Shown: positions 34,935 to 43,929, counted from the first letter of the stretch. The stretch: DNA of 64,000 bases from Polyangiales bacterium (GCA_041389885.1 JAWKRB010000021.1:56842-120841); one strand, 5' to 3'. A program made the numbers and translations. Notes: a model not told the origin generated them from the sequence alone.

Positions 34935-36615
34935 GGCAAAGCAATCGGTCATGCTGCGTGAACGCGCAAGGGCCGTGGGTGAGTGGGCGGGGGTGCTCTC
35001 GCGCGTCGCGCTCCGCAGCGGGCTCGTGGGGCACGCGAGCCCCCGCGGCCTCGCCGTGGGCGCGCGGCAGCTCTTGCAGGGGCGCGCGGGGCTCTCGGCG
35101 ATCTTTCGCCTGCGGGGGGTCACCGACGGCGACCGCCCCGCGCTGATCCAAGACGGCCGCGCGCTCACCTACGCCGAGGTCGACGGGCGCATCGACCGCC
35201 TCGCGACGGGGCTCCTCGGCCTCGGGCTGCGCCCCAAGGACGCCGCCGCCGTGCTGCTCTGGAACCGCCCGGAGTTCTTCGAGGTCGAGTCGGCCATGGC
35301 GCGCATCGGCGGCGCCGCGGTGAGCCTCTCGTGGCGCAGCACCGCGGCGGAGCTGGAGTACCTGCTCAACCACTCCGGCGCCCGCGCGGTGTTCTTCGAG
35401 GCCGCGCTCTGGCCTGCGCTCGAAGAGGCGCTGCGCGCGTGCCCGAAGATCGCCCGCGAGCGCTGCGTCGCGCTGGGCGAGTCGGTGCCGGGGACGCGCA
35501 CCTACGAGAGCCTCCTCGCCGACCGGGTCGGCCCGATGCCCGAGGCCGACGAGGGGAGCGTGGTGATCTACACCTCGGGCACCACCGGGCGCCCCAAGGG
35601 GGCGGTGCGGCGCTTCGGCTCCGCGCAGGTGCTGGCCTTCACCGCCTTTCTCGACCGCTGCCCCCTCACCCGCTGGGACCGCCACCTCTGCGTGTGCCCG
35701 CTCTATCACTCGACGGCCCTGGGCTTCGCGGGCATGTCGTTGATGACCGGCGGCGCGGTGATCCTCGAGCGCGACTTCGACGCCTCGCGCTTCTTGCGCA
35801 CGGTGGAGCGCGAGGCGATCACCACCACGGCGATCGTGCCCACGATGCTGCACCGGCTCATGGCCCTCGACCCCGACGAGCTCGACGCCCGGCGCGCGCC
35901 CTCGCTGCGCGCGATCATTTGCGGCGGCGCCGCGATGCCGCCCGCCCTCTGCGCGAGGACGCTCGCGCGCTTCGGCCCGACGCTCTACAACTTCTACGGA
36001 TCCACCGAGACCGGCCTGGTGTGCGTCGCCACGCCCGAAGACCTCGCGGCGTCACCCGGCACCATCGGTCGGCCGCTGCACGGCGTCGAGGTGCGGCTCC
36101 TCGACGAGGGCGGCGCGCCGGTCGCGCGGGGCGAGGTGGGCGAGCTCTACGCGCGCAACCTGATGCTGGTCGAGGGCTACCACGCCGACGAGGGCGCCAC
36201 GCGCTCGTCGATGCGCGACGGGTTCTTCAGCGTGGGCGACCTCGCCACGGTCGACGCCGCGGGGCGCTACAGCATCGTGGGCCGGCGCCGCGACATGGTG
36301 ATCTCCGGGGGCGTGAACATCTACCCCGTCGAGGTCGAGGACGTGATCGAGTCGCACCCCGACGTCGCGCAGGTCGCGGTGGTGGGGGTGGCCGACGCGG
36401 AGTGGGGCGAGCGGCTGCGGGCCTTCGTGGTGCTGCGCGAGGGCGCCTCGGCCGACACCGACGCGGGCGCGCTGCGGGCGTGGTGCAGGGCGAGGCTCTC
36501 GGGGCCCAAGGCGCCGCGGGAGTGGGTCTTCGTGCCCTCGCTGCCGAGCAACCCGACGGGCAAGGTGCTCAAGCGCGAGCTGCGAGACTGGGACGGCGCG
36601 GTCACGAAGCTCTGA
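34933..36615 (+). CDS. AMP-dependent acyl-CoA synthetase/ligase
   Basis: YTSGTTGRPKGA, GSTETG and a C-terminal ...PSNPTGKVLKREL are present. The 5' end is uncertain: ATG 34933, ATG 34951 or further downstream. Confidence 0.85.
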   Translation: MAKQSVMLRERARAVGEWAGVLSRVALRSGLVGHASPRGLAVGARQLLQGRAGLSAIFRLRGVTDGDRPALIQDGRALTYAEVDGRIDRLATGLLGLGLRPKDAAAVLLWNRPEFFEVESAMARIGGAAVSLSWRSTAAELEYLLNHSGARAVFFEAALWPALEEALRACPKIARERCVALGESVPGTRTYESLLADRVGPMPEADEGSVVIYTSGTTGRPKGAVRRFGSAQVLAFTAFLDRCPLTRWDRHLCVCPLYHSTALGFAGMSLMTGGAVILERDFDASRFLRTVEREAITTTAIVPTMLHRLMALDPDELDARRAPSLRAIICGGAAMPPALCARTLARFGPTLYNFYGSTETGLVCVATPEDLAASPGTIGRPLHGVEVRLLDEGGAPVARGEVGELYARNLMLVEGYHADEGATRSSMRDGFFSVGDLATVDAAGRYSIVGRRRDMVISGGVNIYPVEVEDVIESHPDVAQVAVVGVADAEWGERLRAFVVLREGASADTDAGALRAWCRARLSGPKAPREWVFVPSLPSNPTGKVLKRELRDWDGAVTKL

Positions 36616-36715
36616 GCGCCGCTCGATCTCCCACGATCATCGCAGTGACCACCTCCCGCGGTCGAGAACCCGGGGATTCCTTGCGGTGGCACTCTGTGTG
36701 AATATCGGAGGTGGC

Positions 36716-37675
36716 ATGACGAACGCGAGCGCTCGACCGATTCGTTGGCACGCCGGCTTCGGCGCATGGCTCGCGCTGGCGGTGGTGGGCTGCGGCGCCG
36801 AGGCCGACGAAGACTACGGCGTGTCGTCGCAGCTCGTGTCAGACCTCACCGTGGGTGGACACTACTGCCCCACGCGCGGCGAGATCGCGGGGCGAAACTT
36901 TCCCCCCGACAACGTGTACTACGCGACGACCTTCGGGGGCGGCACCGACGGTCAGCGCATGGCCTGCGGGGGCTACGCCGACGGCCGCTGGCTCTACCTC
37001 GCCGACTCGTGGCGCTTCGGCTGCGGCAGCAAGGTGAAGCTCACCAACCCCCGCAACGGCCGCTGGTGCGTCGCGCAGGTGGCCGACGTGGGGCCGAACA
37101 TCTGCGTCGAGCGCGCGGCGGGGCGGCCGGTCATCGACGCCTCCCCCGCGGTCACCCGGGAGCTCTACGGGCGCAGCGGGATGGGCTGGTCTGACCGGGT
37201 CCCGATGGTGGCCGAGCGGGTGGCGACCTCGACGCCGCTGGGCTGCGGCGGCCCCGCCGACAGCGTGACGCCGCCGGTGTCGTCGAGCCCGACGCGCTGC
37301 TACAGCAGCACCCTGGGCCGCGACGTCGAGCCGCTCACCTGCCTCCAGAGCCGCCTCGACGACGTCTGGTACCAGTGCGTCGCCGGGAGCTGGCGGCGCG
37401 ACAACGGCATCCCCTCGACGCGGCGCGGCCCCGGCGGCGCCTGCGAGCCGTACATCGCCCGCGAGAACCACCAGGCCAACACCTCGTCGTCGATGCCCAC
37501 GGCGCGCTGCTTCAGCATGACCTACAACCGCGAGTACACCGGCGCGGTGTGCCTCCAGAGCCGCTTCGACGACCTCTGGTACCAGTGCACGAACATCGGC
37601 TGGGTCACCGACCGCAGCATCGGCCCGTCGCGCAGCGGCCCCGCGGGCATGTGCAGCCTGTACGTCCCGCGCTGA
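36716..37675 (+). CDS. RlpA-like double-psi beta-barrel (DPBB) lipoprotein with two C-terminal 4-Cys repeat modules
   Basis: GGAGG lies upstream of ATG 36716. The lipobox is LALAVVGC. The DPBB-like core is YYATTFGGGTDGQRMACGG...KVKLTNPRNGRWCVAQVADVGP...VIDASPAVTRELYG. It is followed by two CxSxT...CLQSRxDDxWYQC...GPxGxC modules. Confidence 0.8.
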   Translation: MTNASARPIRWHAGFGAWLALAVVGCGAEADEDYGVSSQLVSDLTVGGHYCPTRGEIAGRNFPPDNVYYATTFGGGTDGQRMACGGYADGRWLYLADSWRFGCGSKVKLTNPRNGRWCVAQVADVGPNICVERAAGRPVIDASPAVTRELYGRSGMGWSDRVPMVAERVATSTPLGCGGPADSVTPPVSSSPTRCYSSTLGRDVEPLTCLQSRLDDVWYQCVAGSWRRDNGIPSTRRGPGGACEPYIARENHQANTSSSMPTARCFSMTYNREYTGAVCLQSRFDDLWYQCTNIGWVTDRSIGPSRSGPAGMCSLYVPR

Positions 37676-37679
37676 CGCG

Positions 37680-38915
37680 CTACGCCTTCTCGGCCGCCTC
37701 GCGAAAGATCGACTGCGCCATGAGGCTGGTCTCTTCGCGCGCCCGCTCCTCGTTGACCTCGCGGTAGACCGCGCGCACGACGGGGTCCTTCGGCGCGGCG
37801 TCCATCGCGAACTGCGCGAGGGAGCCCGCGAGCTCGGAGCGCCCCTGGAGCATCGCCACCCGCGCCCGCTCGGCCAGCACCGCGGCGCCCCCGGCGGCGT
37901 CGCAGAGGGCCGCCGAGAGCTCGGCGTCGCGGGGGGGCTTGAGGCGCGCGGGGTTGCCGTCCCACCACCCGCCGTAGAGCCGCCAGAGGTTGCGCACGAT
38001 GAACTGGGGGTCGTCGTAGACGGGCCGGAGGTACGGGCGGTGCAGCAGCGCCGCGGGCGGGCGCACCGCGCGGAGCACCTCGTCGAGGGTCGCGCCGGAG
38101 TTCATCGCGCGGAGGGTCTGCTCGACGAGCGACTCCAGCAGCGCGGCGGTCTCGGTGAGGGCCTGGCGCACCCGCTGCGCGCCGAGGATCGGCGGGCCGT
38201 GGCCGGGGAAGAGCCGCTCGGCGCCGAGGGCGTCCATCTTGCGCAGCGCCGCGGCCCACTCGCGGGGGTAGCGCTGCACCTTCTGGGGGTTGCCGCAGTT
38301 GGGCGAGGCCCAGATGAAGAGATCCCCGGTGTAGATCGCCCTCGCGTCGGGGACCCACGCCCAGAGGTGGTCGTCGGTCTCGCCGCGGTCGTGAAAGAGC
38401 GCCACCTCGCGCCCGCCGACGCGCAGGGTCATGCGGTCTTCGAAGGTCACGTCGGGGTCGCGAAAGTGCTCGGGGAACATCGGCGCCGGGAGCCGAAACT
38501 GCCGGCGGTTGATGTGCCCGTTGTACCCGCTCGTGAGTCGGTACCGCGCGAAGCGGTCGAGCACGGCGCGGTGGGCGACGACGGTGACCGCGCGGCCCTG
38601 CGCCCGCGACTCGTCCTCGAAGGGCGCGACGCCGAACACGTGGTCCACGTGGCCGTGCGTGTACACCGCGGTGTGCGCGAGGCGCGGGGACCACCCCCGC
38701 ACGAGCGCGTGCACCGCGCCGGCGTGAAAGGGCGAGCTCGTGTCGACGAGCACCAGGCCGTCGTCGGTGTCGAGCGCGAGCACGTTCGAGAACGCGCACA
38801 CGAAGGCCAGGCGCCCGTCCATCGGCGCGATGCCCGGGCTCAAGAGCTCTGGGCGCATCGTGGCGTGGTCGACCTCGCCGCTCCACGCCCGCTCGGCGTA
38901 CTCGAGAACGTTCAT
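37680..38915 (-). CDS. MBL-fold metallo-hydrolase of the alkyl/aryl-sulfatase type, with a dimerisation domain
   Basis: YTHGHVDHVFG (HxHxDH) and the alkyl-sulfatase-like region PYLRPVYDDPQFIVRNLWRLYGGWWDGNP are present. Confidence 0.85.
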   Translation of the reverse strand: MNVLEYAERAWSGEVDHATMRPELLSPGIAPMDGRLAFVCAFSNVLALDTDDGLVLVDTSSPFHAGAVHALVRGWSPRLAHTAVYTHGHVDHVFGVAPFEDESRAQGRAVTVVAHRAVLDRFARYRLTSGYNGHINRRQFRLPAPMFPEHFRDPDVTFEDRMTLRVGGREVALFHDRGETDDHLWAWVPDARAIYTGDLFIWASPNCGNPQKVQRYPREWAAALRKMDALGAERLFPGHGPPILGAQRVRQALTETAALLESLVEQTLRAMNSGATLDEVLRAVRPPAALLHRPYLRPVYDDPQFIVRNLWRLYGGWWDGNPARLKPPRDAELSAALCDAAGGAAVLAERARVAMLQGRSELAGSLAQFAMDAAPKDPVVRAVYREVNEERAREETSLMAQSIFREAAEKA

Positions 38916-38922
38916 CGGGACC

Positions 38923-39354
38923 TCAGGGGTTGTCGATCTTGGCCACGCGGTCGGCGTGCCGGCCGCCCTCGAAGGCGCCCGAGATGAACGCCTCGAGGGT
39001 CGCCTCGGCGAAGCCCTCGCCCACCACCCGCGCGCCCAGGGCGAGCACGTTGGCGTCGTTGTGCGCCCGCGCCATCGCCGCGGAGTAGGGCTCGTGGCAG
39101 AGCGCCGCGCGGGCGCCGGGGTGGCGGTTCACGGCGATGCTGATGCCGATGCCGCTGCCGCAGACCACCACGCCGCGCTCGAAGTCGCCGCGCCCGATGG
39201 CCTGGCCGACGGCGTGTCCGTAGTCGGGGTAGTCGGCCCGCTCGGGCGCGTGAACGCCCAGGTCAGTCACCTCGAAGCCCTTGCGCTGCAGCCACTCCCG
39301 CACGCGCTCCTTCAGCGCGAAGCCCGCGTGGTCGCTCGCGATCACCCAACGCAT
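38923..39354 (-). CDS. rpiB: Ribose-5-phosphate isomerase B
   Basis: IASDHAGFALK and VVCGSGIGISIAVNR are present. I prefer the ATG at 39354 to the adjacent GTG at 39357. Confidence 0.9.
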   Translation of the reverse strand: MRWVIASDHAGFALKERVREWLQRKGFEVTDLGVHAPERADYPDYGHAVGQAIGRGDFERGVVVCGSGIGISIAVNRHPGARAALCHEPYSAAMARAHNDANVLALGARVVGEGFAEATLEAFISGAFEGGRHADRVAKIDNP

Positions 39355-39378
39355 CACCGGATCACCTCTACCGAAGTC

Positions 39379-40623
39379 TCACGCGCCGACGCGGGAGAGC
39401 AGGAGCGAGACGTTGGTCCCGCCGAAGCCGAAGGCGTTGCTCAAGGCGTGCTCCACGCGGCGCCGACGGGCGACGTGGGGCACGAAGTCGAGGTCGCACC
39501 GGGGGTCGGGCGCGTCGAGGTTGATCGTGGGCGGCAGCACGCCCCGCGCGAGGGCGAGCGCGGTGAACGCCGCCTCGACGCCCCCGGCCGCGCCGAGCAG
39601 GTGCCCGGTCATGCTCTTGGTCGAGCTCACCGCGAGCTCGCCGGCGTGGGCGCCGAAGACCGCGCGAATCGCCTCGGCCTCCTGCACGTCGCCCGCGGGC
39701 GTCGAGGTGCCGTGGGCGTTGACGTAGCCCACGGCCTCGGGCGACACGCCCCCCTCGGCGAGGGCAGCGCGCATCGCCCGCTGCGCGCCTGCGCCCTGCG
39801 GCGCGGGCTGGGTGATGTGGTGCGCGTCGTCGGTGGCGCCGTAGCCCGCGAGGCGCGCGTAGATGGTCGCGCCCCGGGCCTCGGCGCGGTCGCGGCGCTC
39901 GAGCACGAGCACCCCGGCGCCCTCGCCCATGACGAAGCCGTCGCGGCCGGCGTCGAAGGGCCGGCTCGCGCGCTCGGGCTCGTCGTTGCGGGTCGAGAGG
40001 GCGCGCATGGCGTCGAAGCCCGCGATGGCCAGCGGGGTGATGGTGGCCTCGGCGCCTCCGGCGATCATCACGTCGACGGCGCCGCGGGCGATCCAGCGGC
40101 CGGCCTCGCCGATGGCGTGGGCGCCCGACGCGCAGGCGCTGGTGATGCAGTAGTTGGGGCCGCGGAGCCCCAGGCGCATCGCGACCTGCCCCGCGCCGAG
40201 GTTGGCGATGGCGGCGGGGATGAAATACGGCGAGATCTTCGCGGGGCCCCGGGCGCGGAGGGTGTCGTGGTGCGACTCGATGGTCTCGAGGCCGCCCATG
40301 CCCGAGCCGATGATCACCCCGCCGCGGTCGCCGAGGTCTTCCCCCGCGAGGCCGGCGTCTTGCCAGGCCATCTGCGCGGCGGCGAGGGCGAACTGCGTGA
40401 AGCGGTCGGTCTCGCGCACGCGCCTGGGGTCGACCCACTGCAGCGGGTCGAAGCCCTTGACCTCGGCGGCGATGCGCGTGCGGTGCGCGGAGGCGTCGAA
40501 GCGGGTGATCGTCGCGACGCCGCTGCGCCCCTCACAGAGGGCCGACCAGGTGCGCTCGAGATCGAGCCCGAGGGGCGTGACGAGGCCCAGGCCCGTCACG
40601 ACGACCTCGCAAGAGGCGGACAT
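39379..40623 (-). CDS. fabF: Beta-ketoacyl-ACP synthase II
   Basis: TSACASGAHAIGEA (active-site Cys), NAHGTSTPAGD and STKSMTGHLLGAAG are present. Confidence 0.95.
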   Translation of the reverse strand: MSASCEVVVTGLGLVTPLGLDLERTWSALCEGRSGVATITRFDASAHRTRIAAEVKGFDPLQWVDPRRVRETDRFTQFALAAAQMAWQDAGLAGEDLGDRGGVIIGSGMGGLETIESHHDTLRARGPAKISPYFIPAAIANLGAGQVAMRLGLRGPNYCITSACASGAHAIGEAGRWIARGAVDVMIAGGAEATITPLAIAGFDAMRALSTRNDEPERASRPFDAGRDGFVMGEGAGVLVLERRDRAEARGATIYARLAGYGATDDAHHITQPAPQGAGAQRAMRAALAEGGVSPEAVGYVNAHGTSTPAGDVQEAEAIRAVFGAHAGELAVSSTKSMTGHLLGAAGGVEAAFTALALARGVLPPTINLDAPDPRCDLDFVPHVARRRRVEHALSNAFGFGGTNVSLLLSRVGA

Positions 40624-40625
40624 GC

Positions 40626-40874
40626 TCAGCGCGCGGAGAGACGGGAGGTGATGTAGTCGACGGCGTCTTGCACCGTGCGGATCCGCTCGGTGTCTTCGTC
40701 GGGGATATCGAGCTCGAACTCCTCTTCGAGGGCGAGCACGAGCTCGACGATCGCGAGGGAGTCGGCGCCGAGGTCGTTGATGAACGACGCCTCCGGCTTC
40801 AGCTCGTTCACGTCCACCACAAGGTTCTTCGCGATCTGGCCGCGGACCCGCTGTTCAATGTCAGTCTGGTTCAC
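40626..40874 (-). CDS. acpP: Acyl carrier protein
   Basis: [13 protein letters not shown] contains the phosphopantetheine Ser motif. The start is GTG and the stop lies 2 nt before the fabF start. Confidence 0.95.
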   Translation of the reverse strand: MNQTDIEQRVRGQIAKNLVVDVNELKPEASFINDLGADSLAIVELVLALEEEFELDIPDEDTERIRTVQDAVDYITSRLSAR

Positions 40875-40947
40875 GCGCGGCGGTATATCCCAACGCAGCG
40901 CGTGCGTGAAGGGCCCTCACGCGACGAATTCGTCCAGACTTTTGGGC

Positions 40948-40985
40948 GTGACGCGCCGCGCCATGACCGCGGCGCGGCGCGTCAC
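40948..40985 (-). terminator. Perfect 15-bp GC-rich inverted repeat with an 8-nt loop, possibly a terminator or other RNA/DNA structure
   Basis: The structure is GTGACGCGCCGCGCC-atgaccgc-GGCGCGGCGCGTCAC. It lies in the 184-bp gap between the DUF1080-like gene stop and the acpP start. No U-tract follows on the minus strand, so an intrinsic-terminator call is weak. Confidence 0.3.
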
Positions 40986-41058
40986 CCGGGCCGGGGCTCT
41001 GGCGCCTGGGGAGGCCTCTGGGGTGATTACGAACAAGGCGCAGGAGCTCCAGCGGAGT

Positions 41059-41688
41059 TCAGGCGCTCTGGGGCGCGGAGAGCGCGAGGTTCTTGAAGCA
41101 GAACACGGTGGCCGACTCGACCTCGGGCGAGCCGCCCTGGGCCTGCAGGGCGATGTGCCCGTCGCGGAACGCGTCGTCGGTGAGGCTCACGAGCTCGGCG
41201 TCGTTACAGAACACCGAGATCTTCTCGCCCTCGGCGACGATGCGGAGTCGGTTCTCCTGCCCGACGCCCTTGGCGATGGCGGGGTGCTCGGTCCAATCGA
41301 CGAGGGGCGTGCTCTGGTTCGCCTGGCGCCGCGTGAGGCGATAGAAGCCCGTGGCGTCGAGAAAGACTCGGTAGTTGTCCCGGTCAGACTTCGCGCGAAA
41401 GCTCACGCCGACGTAGCTCTGCGCGGGGTCTTGCGCGGCGAGGACGGTGACGGTCACTTCGAGGGAGAGGTCGGCGAAGGTCCTGCCGTCATACCAGAGC
41501 GCGGCGACGGAGGTCTCTCCGCCGGGGAGCGTGAGCACCGCTCCGTTGGTGTCGTGGCGCAGCGGCGGCGTCTTCGACGTCGCGGCGAAGGACCATCCCT
41601 CCGCGTTCTCCAGGAAGCTCTCCTCCAGCACCGTCGGCCACGCGTCCACCGAATCGTCCGCGGGACCCTGCTTCGCCTCGTCGCTCAT
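41059..41688 (-). CDS. DUF1080 / 3-keto-disaccharide-hydrolase-like (concanavalin-type beta-sandwich) protein
   Basis: The pattern RAKSDRDNYRVFLDATGFYRL...NRLRIVAEGEKISVFCNDAELVSL...GHIALQAQG is typical of the family, from memory. GC3 is strong. Confidence 0.75.
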   Translation of the reverse strand: MSDEAKQGPADDSVDAWPTVLEESFLENAEGWSFAATSKTPPLRHDTNGAVLTLPGGETSVAALWYDGRTFADLSLEVTVTVLAAQDPAQSYVGVSFRAKSDRDNYRVFLDATGFYRLTRRQANQSTPLVDWTEHPAIAKGVGQENRLRIVAEGEKISVFCNDAELVSLTDDAFRDGHIALQAQGGSPEVESATVFCFKNLALSAPQSA

Positions 41689-41941
41689 ACGTGACTCTCT
41701 CCTCGCTCGCTCGTGTGGGACGCACCCGGGGTCCCGCGGCTTCTCGGGCGACCATAGCAGGCTTCACGCGTCGGTTGAAGGTCGTCGTGACGGGCCCCGC
41801 CCCCCGGCTCCGAGGCCGTCTGCCGCCTCGCCGCGGCGCCGCGCCCCGCCCCGGCGCCACTGCGCACACGAATAAAACTCGGATGTGCGGCTTGACTTGA
41901 ATGAGAAGAAGAATGAAGGTCGCGGCCTAGAGGTGACCTTT

Positions 41942-42547
41942 ATGGCGAATGAAAGCATGCAAGACGAGATCGATCGCGTTCTGGCCAGGTTCTCCGGCGA
42001 GCTGCTGAAGCTCTTTCAGAAGGCCGTCGTCCAGGCGGTGACCGGCCGCAACGCCGTGACCCTCGCGCCCTCGGCGCCCCGCCGGGCCGCGAAGCCCGCC
42101 GCGAAGCCCGCCGCGAAGCCCGCCGCGAAGCCCGCCGCGAAGCCCGCCGCGAAGCCCGCCGCGAAGCCCGCCGCGAAGTCAGCGCGCCGCGGCCGCGGTG
42201 GCCCGAAGAGCTCCCCTGAAGAGGTCGCGCGCCTGGGCGACAAGCTGGTCGACATCCTTCGTCGCAAGGGCGAGTCGCTCACCGCGAAGGAACTCCTCAA
42301 GGCCTCAGGCGCCAACATCGGTCAGTTCAACTATGCGCTGAACAAGGCGAAGGGCGACGGCCGCATCACGCAGCTCGGCGAGCGCCGCATGGCCCGCTAT
42401 CAGATCGGCTCTGGCAAGGCCGGCAAGCCCGCCAAGATCGGCAAGCCCGCCAAGGCCGGCGCGAAGCCCGGCCGCAAGCCCGCCAAGGCCGCCGCCGCGG
42501 CGACCGCCCCGGCGCCCGAGGCGACCGAGGCCGCGACCGAGGCATGA
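41942..42547 (+). CDS. Histone H1 / AlgP-like basic protein: (AAKP)7 repeat, winged-helix-like core and K/A/P-rich tail
   Basis: The ATG at 41942 is preceded by GAGG. Sequence elements are AAKPAAKPAAKPAAKPAAKPAAKPAAKPAAKS, the core SPEEVARLGDKLVDILRRKGESLTAKELLKASG...GRITQLGERRMARYQIG, and the tail GKAGKPAKIGKPAKAGAKPGRKPAKAAAA. Confidence 0.8.
   Translation: MANESMQDEIDRVLARFSGELLKLFQKAVVQAVTGRNAVTLAPSAPRRAAKPAAKPAAKPAAKPAAKPAAKPAAKPAAKSARRGRGGPKSSPEEVARLGDKLVDILRRKGESLTAKELLKASGANIGQFNYALNKAKGDGRITQLGERRMARYQIGSGKAGKPAKIGKPAKAGAKPGRKPAKAAAAATAPAPEATEAATEA
42089..42172 (+). repeat. Perfect tandem repeat of 7 x 12 bp (gcgaagcccgcc), plus a partial 8th copy
   Basis: The coordinates were cross-checked against residue numbering (A50-P52 onward). 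Confidence 0.9.
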
Positions 42548-42599
42548 TTCGCCGCGCCGCGCGTTGAGCGGACGGCGCTTTGCGTGTACTCCGCGCGGC

Positions 42600-43895
42600 G
42601 TGAACCCGTCGCGAGTCGCCCTTCTCACCTTCTTCCTCTCGGCTGCGTGCTCCGAGACCGCCTCGGTCTCGTCGGTTGACGCCTCGGCTTCGGCGGACGC
42701 GCCGTCGGACGTGTCGGTTGACGCGTCGCCCGACGTCTCCGTGGACGCGCCGCCGGCCTGCGAGCCGGCGACCTCCCTGCAGCCCGCGCCTCGCGGCGAC
42801 AGCGCCGGCGTCGTCGACCCGACCACGGGCGAGCTGGTGATCTTCGGAGGCGACGACGGCCCTACGGTGATGTGCGTCGCCCGCCCCACCTTTCGCGGCG
42901 ACGTGTGGCGATACGACCCGCGCTGCGACCGCTGGCGCGAGGTCACCCCTGCGGACGGTCCCTCGGCGCGCTCGCGCACGGCCTACGCCCTCGACACGAC
43001 GCGCAACCGACTCATGATCTTCGGGGGGCGCTCTCGGGCGACCTCGAGCGGGGCGTACACGGTCTATCGCGAGACCTGGGCCCTCGACCTCGCCACCGAC
43101 ACCTGGTCGCAGATCGAGGCCGAGGGCGGCCCCTCGGGCCGCGCCAACGCCGCCGCGGTGTACGACCGCGAGGGCGACGCGCTCATCGTGACAGGCGGCA
43201 ACACGAGCACCAACGGCGCGGCGTTCACCCCGCTGGGTGACGCGTGGCGGCTCGACCTCGCCACGAGCACCTGGAGCAGGGTGAGCGCCAGCGGCGGCCC
43301 CTCGGCGCGGCTCTTTCACGCCACCGCGATCCGCGGTCGGGGCGTCGCGCTCTTCGGCGGCGGCGGCGCCAACGCGTTCACCGGACCCTTCTTGAGAGAC
43401 TTCTGGACCCTCGACCTCGCGGGCCCGACCTGGACGCGACACACGGTGCGCGGCGCGACCGACGAGCTCCTCGGGAGGATCTCTTCGGCGCTCGTCGCGG
43501 ACCCCGCGGGCGACGGCTTTCTGCTCGTGGGCGGGCACGACGACGGCGCGCTGGGCAACCGCAACGACGTGCTGTCGGTCTCGGCGGACGGCGAGGTCGC
43601 CGTGCTGCGCGCGGGCGACACGCTGGGCACCCCCGGCAGTGGCTTCTGCGACTTTCCTTCTGACTTCGCGGTGACCGATGACGACTCGCCCGAGCGCCGC
43701 TCGGCCTTCGTCTTGGCAGAAGACCCCGCGCGAAATCGCTTTCTCGCCTATGGCGGCAAGACCGACTGCGGCCTCGCGGGCGACGTCTGGGCCCTCGAGC
43801 GAGAGCCCCTCCGCTGGCGCCCCCTCCGCGGAACCCCAGAGGGCTTGAGCTGCGCCCGCAGCGGCCGCGAGGGCTGCTCGTCGCTCTGTCAGTAG
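42600..43895 (+). CDS. Kelch-repeat (beta-propeller) lipoprotein
   Basis: I prefer GTG 42600 (NPSRVALLTFFLSAAC lipobox) to TTG 42564. Kelch-like blades include RTAYALDTTRNRLMIFGGRS, RANAAAVYDREGDALIVTGGN and RLFHATAIRGRGVALFGGGG. Confidence 0.8.
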   Translation: MNPSRVALLTFFLSAACSETASVSSVDASASADAPSDVSVDASPDVSVDAPPACEPATSLQPAPRGDSAGVVDPTTGELVIFGGDDGPTVMCVARPTFRGDVWRYDPRCDRWREVTPADGPSARSRTAYALDTTRNRLMIFGGRSRATSSGAYTVYRETWALDLATDTWSQIEAEGGPSGRANAAAVYDREGDALIVTGGNTSTNGAAFTPLGDAWRLDLATSTWSRVSASGGPSARLFHATAIRGRGVALFGGGGANAFTGPFLRDFWTLDLAGPTWTRHTVRGATDELLGRISSALVADPAGDGFLLVGGHDDGALGNRNDVLSVSADGEVAVLRAGDTLGTPGSGFCDFPSDFAVTDDDSPERRSAFVLAEDPARNRFLAYGGKTDCGLAGDVWALEREPLRWRPLRGTPEGLSCARSGREGCSSLCQ

Positions 43896-43929
43896 CCGCG
43901 CGGCCGCCTCGGCCGAGGGGGCGCCGACC

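Noticed and set aside
38740-40656. 638-aa plus-strand ORF antisense to rpiB and fabF
   Set aside because: fabF and rpiB motifs are unambiguous on the minus strand. The plus product is shadow-like.
41892-41920. Sigma-70-type promoter for the H1-like gene, using TTGACT at 41892-41897
   Set aside because: No acceptable TAnnnT -10 hexamer lies at 16-18 nt spacing. The candidates are GAAGGT or AAGAAT at the wrong distance. I report the AT-rich island but do not call a promoter.
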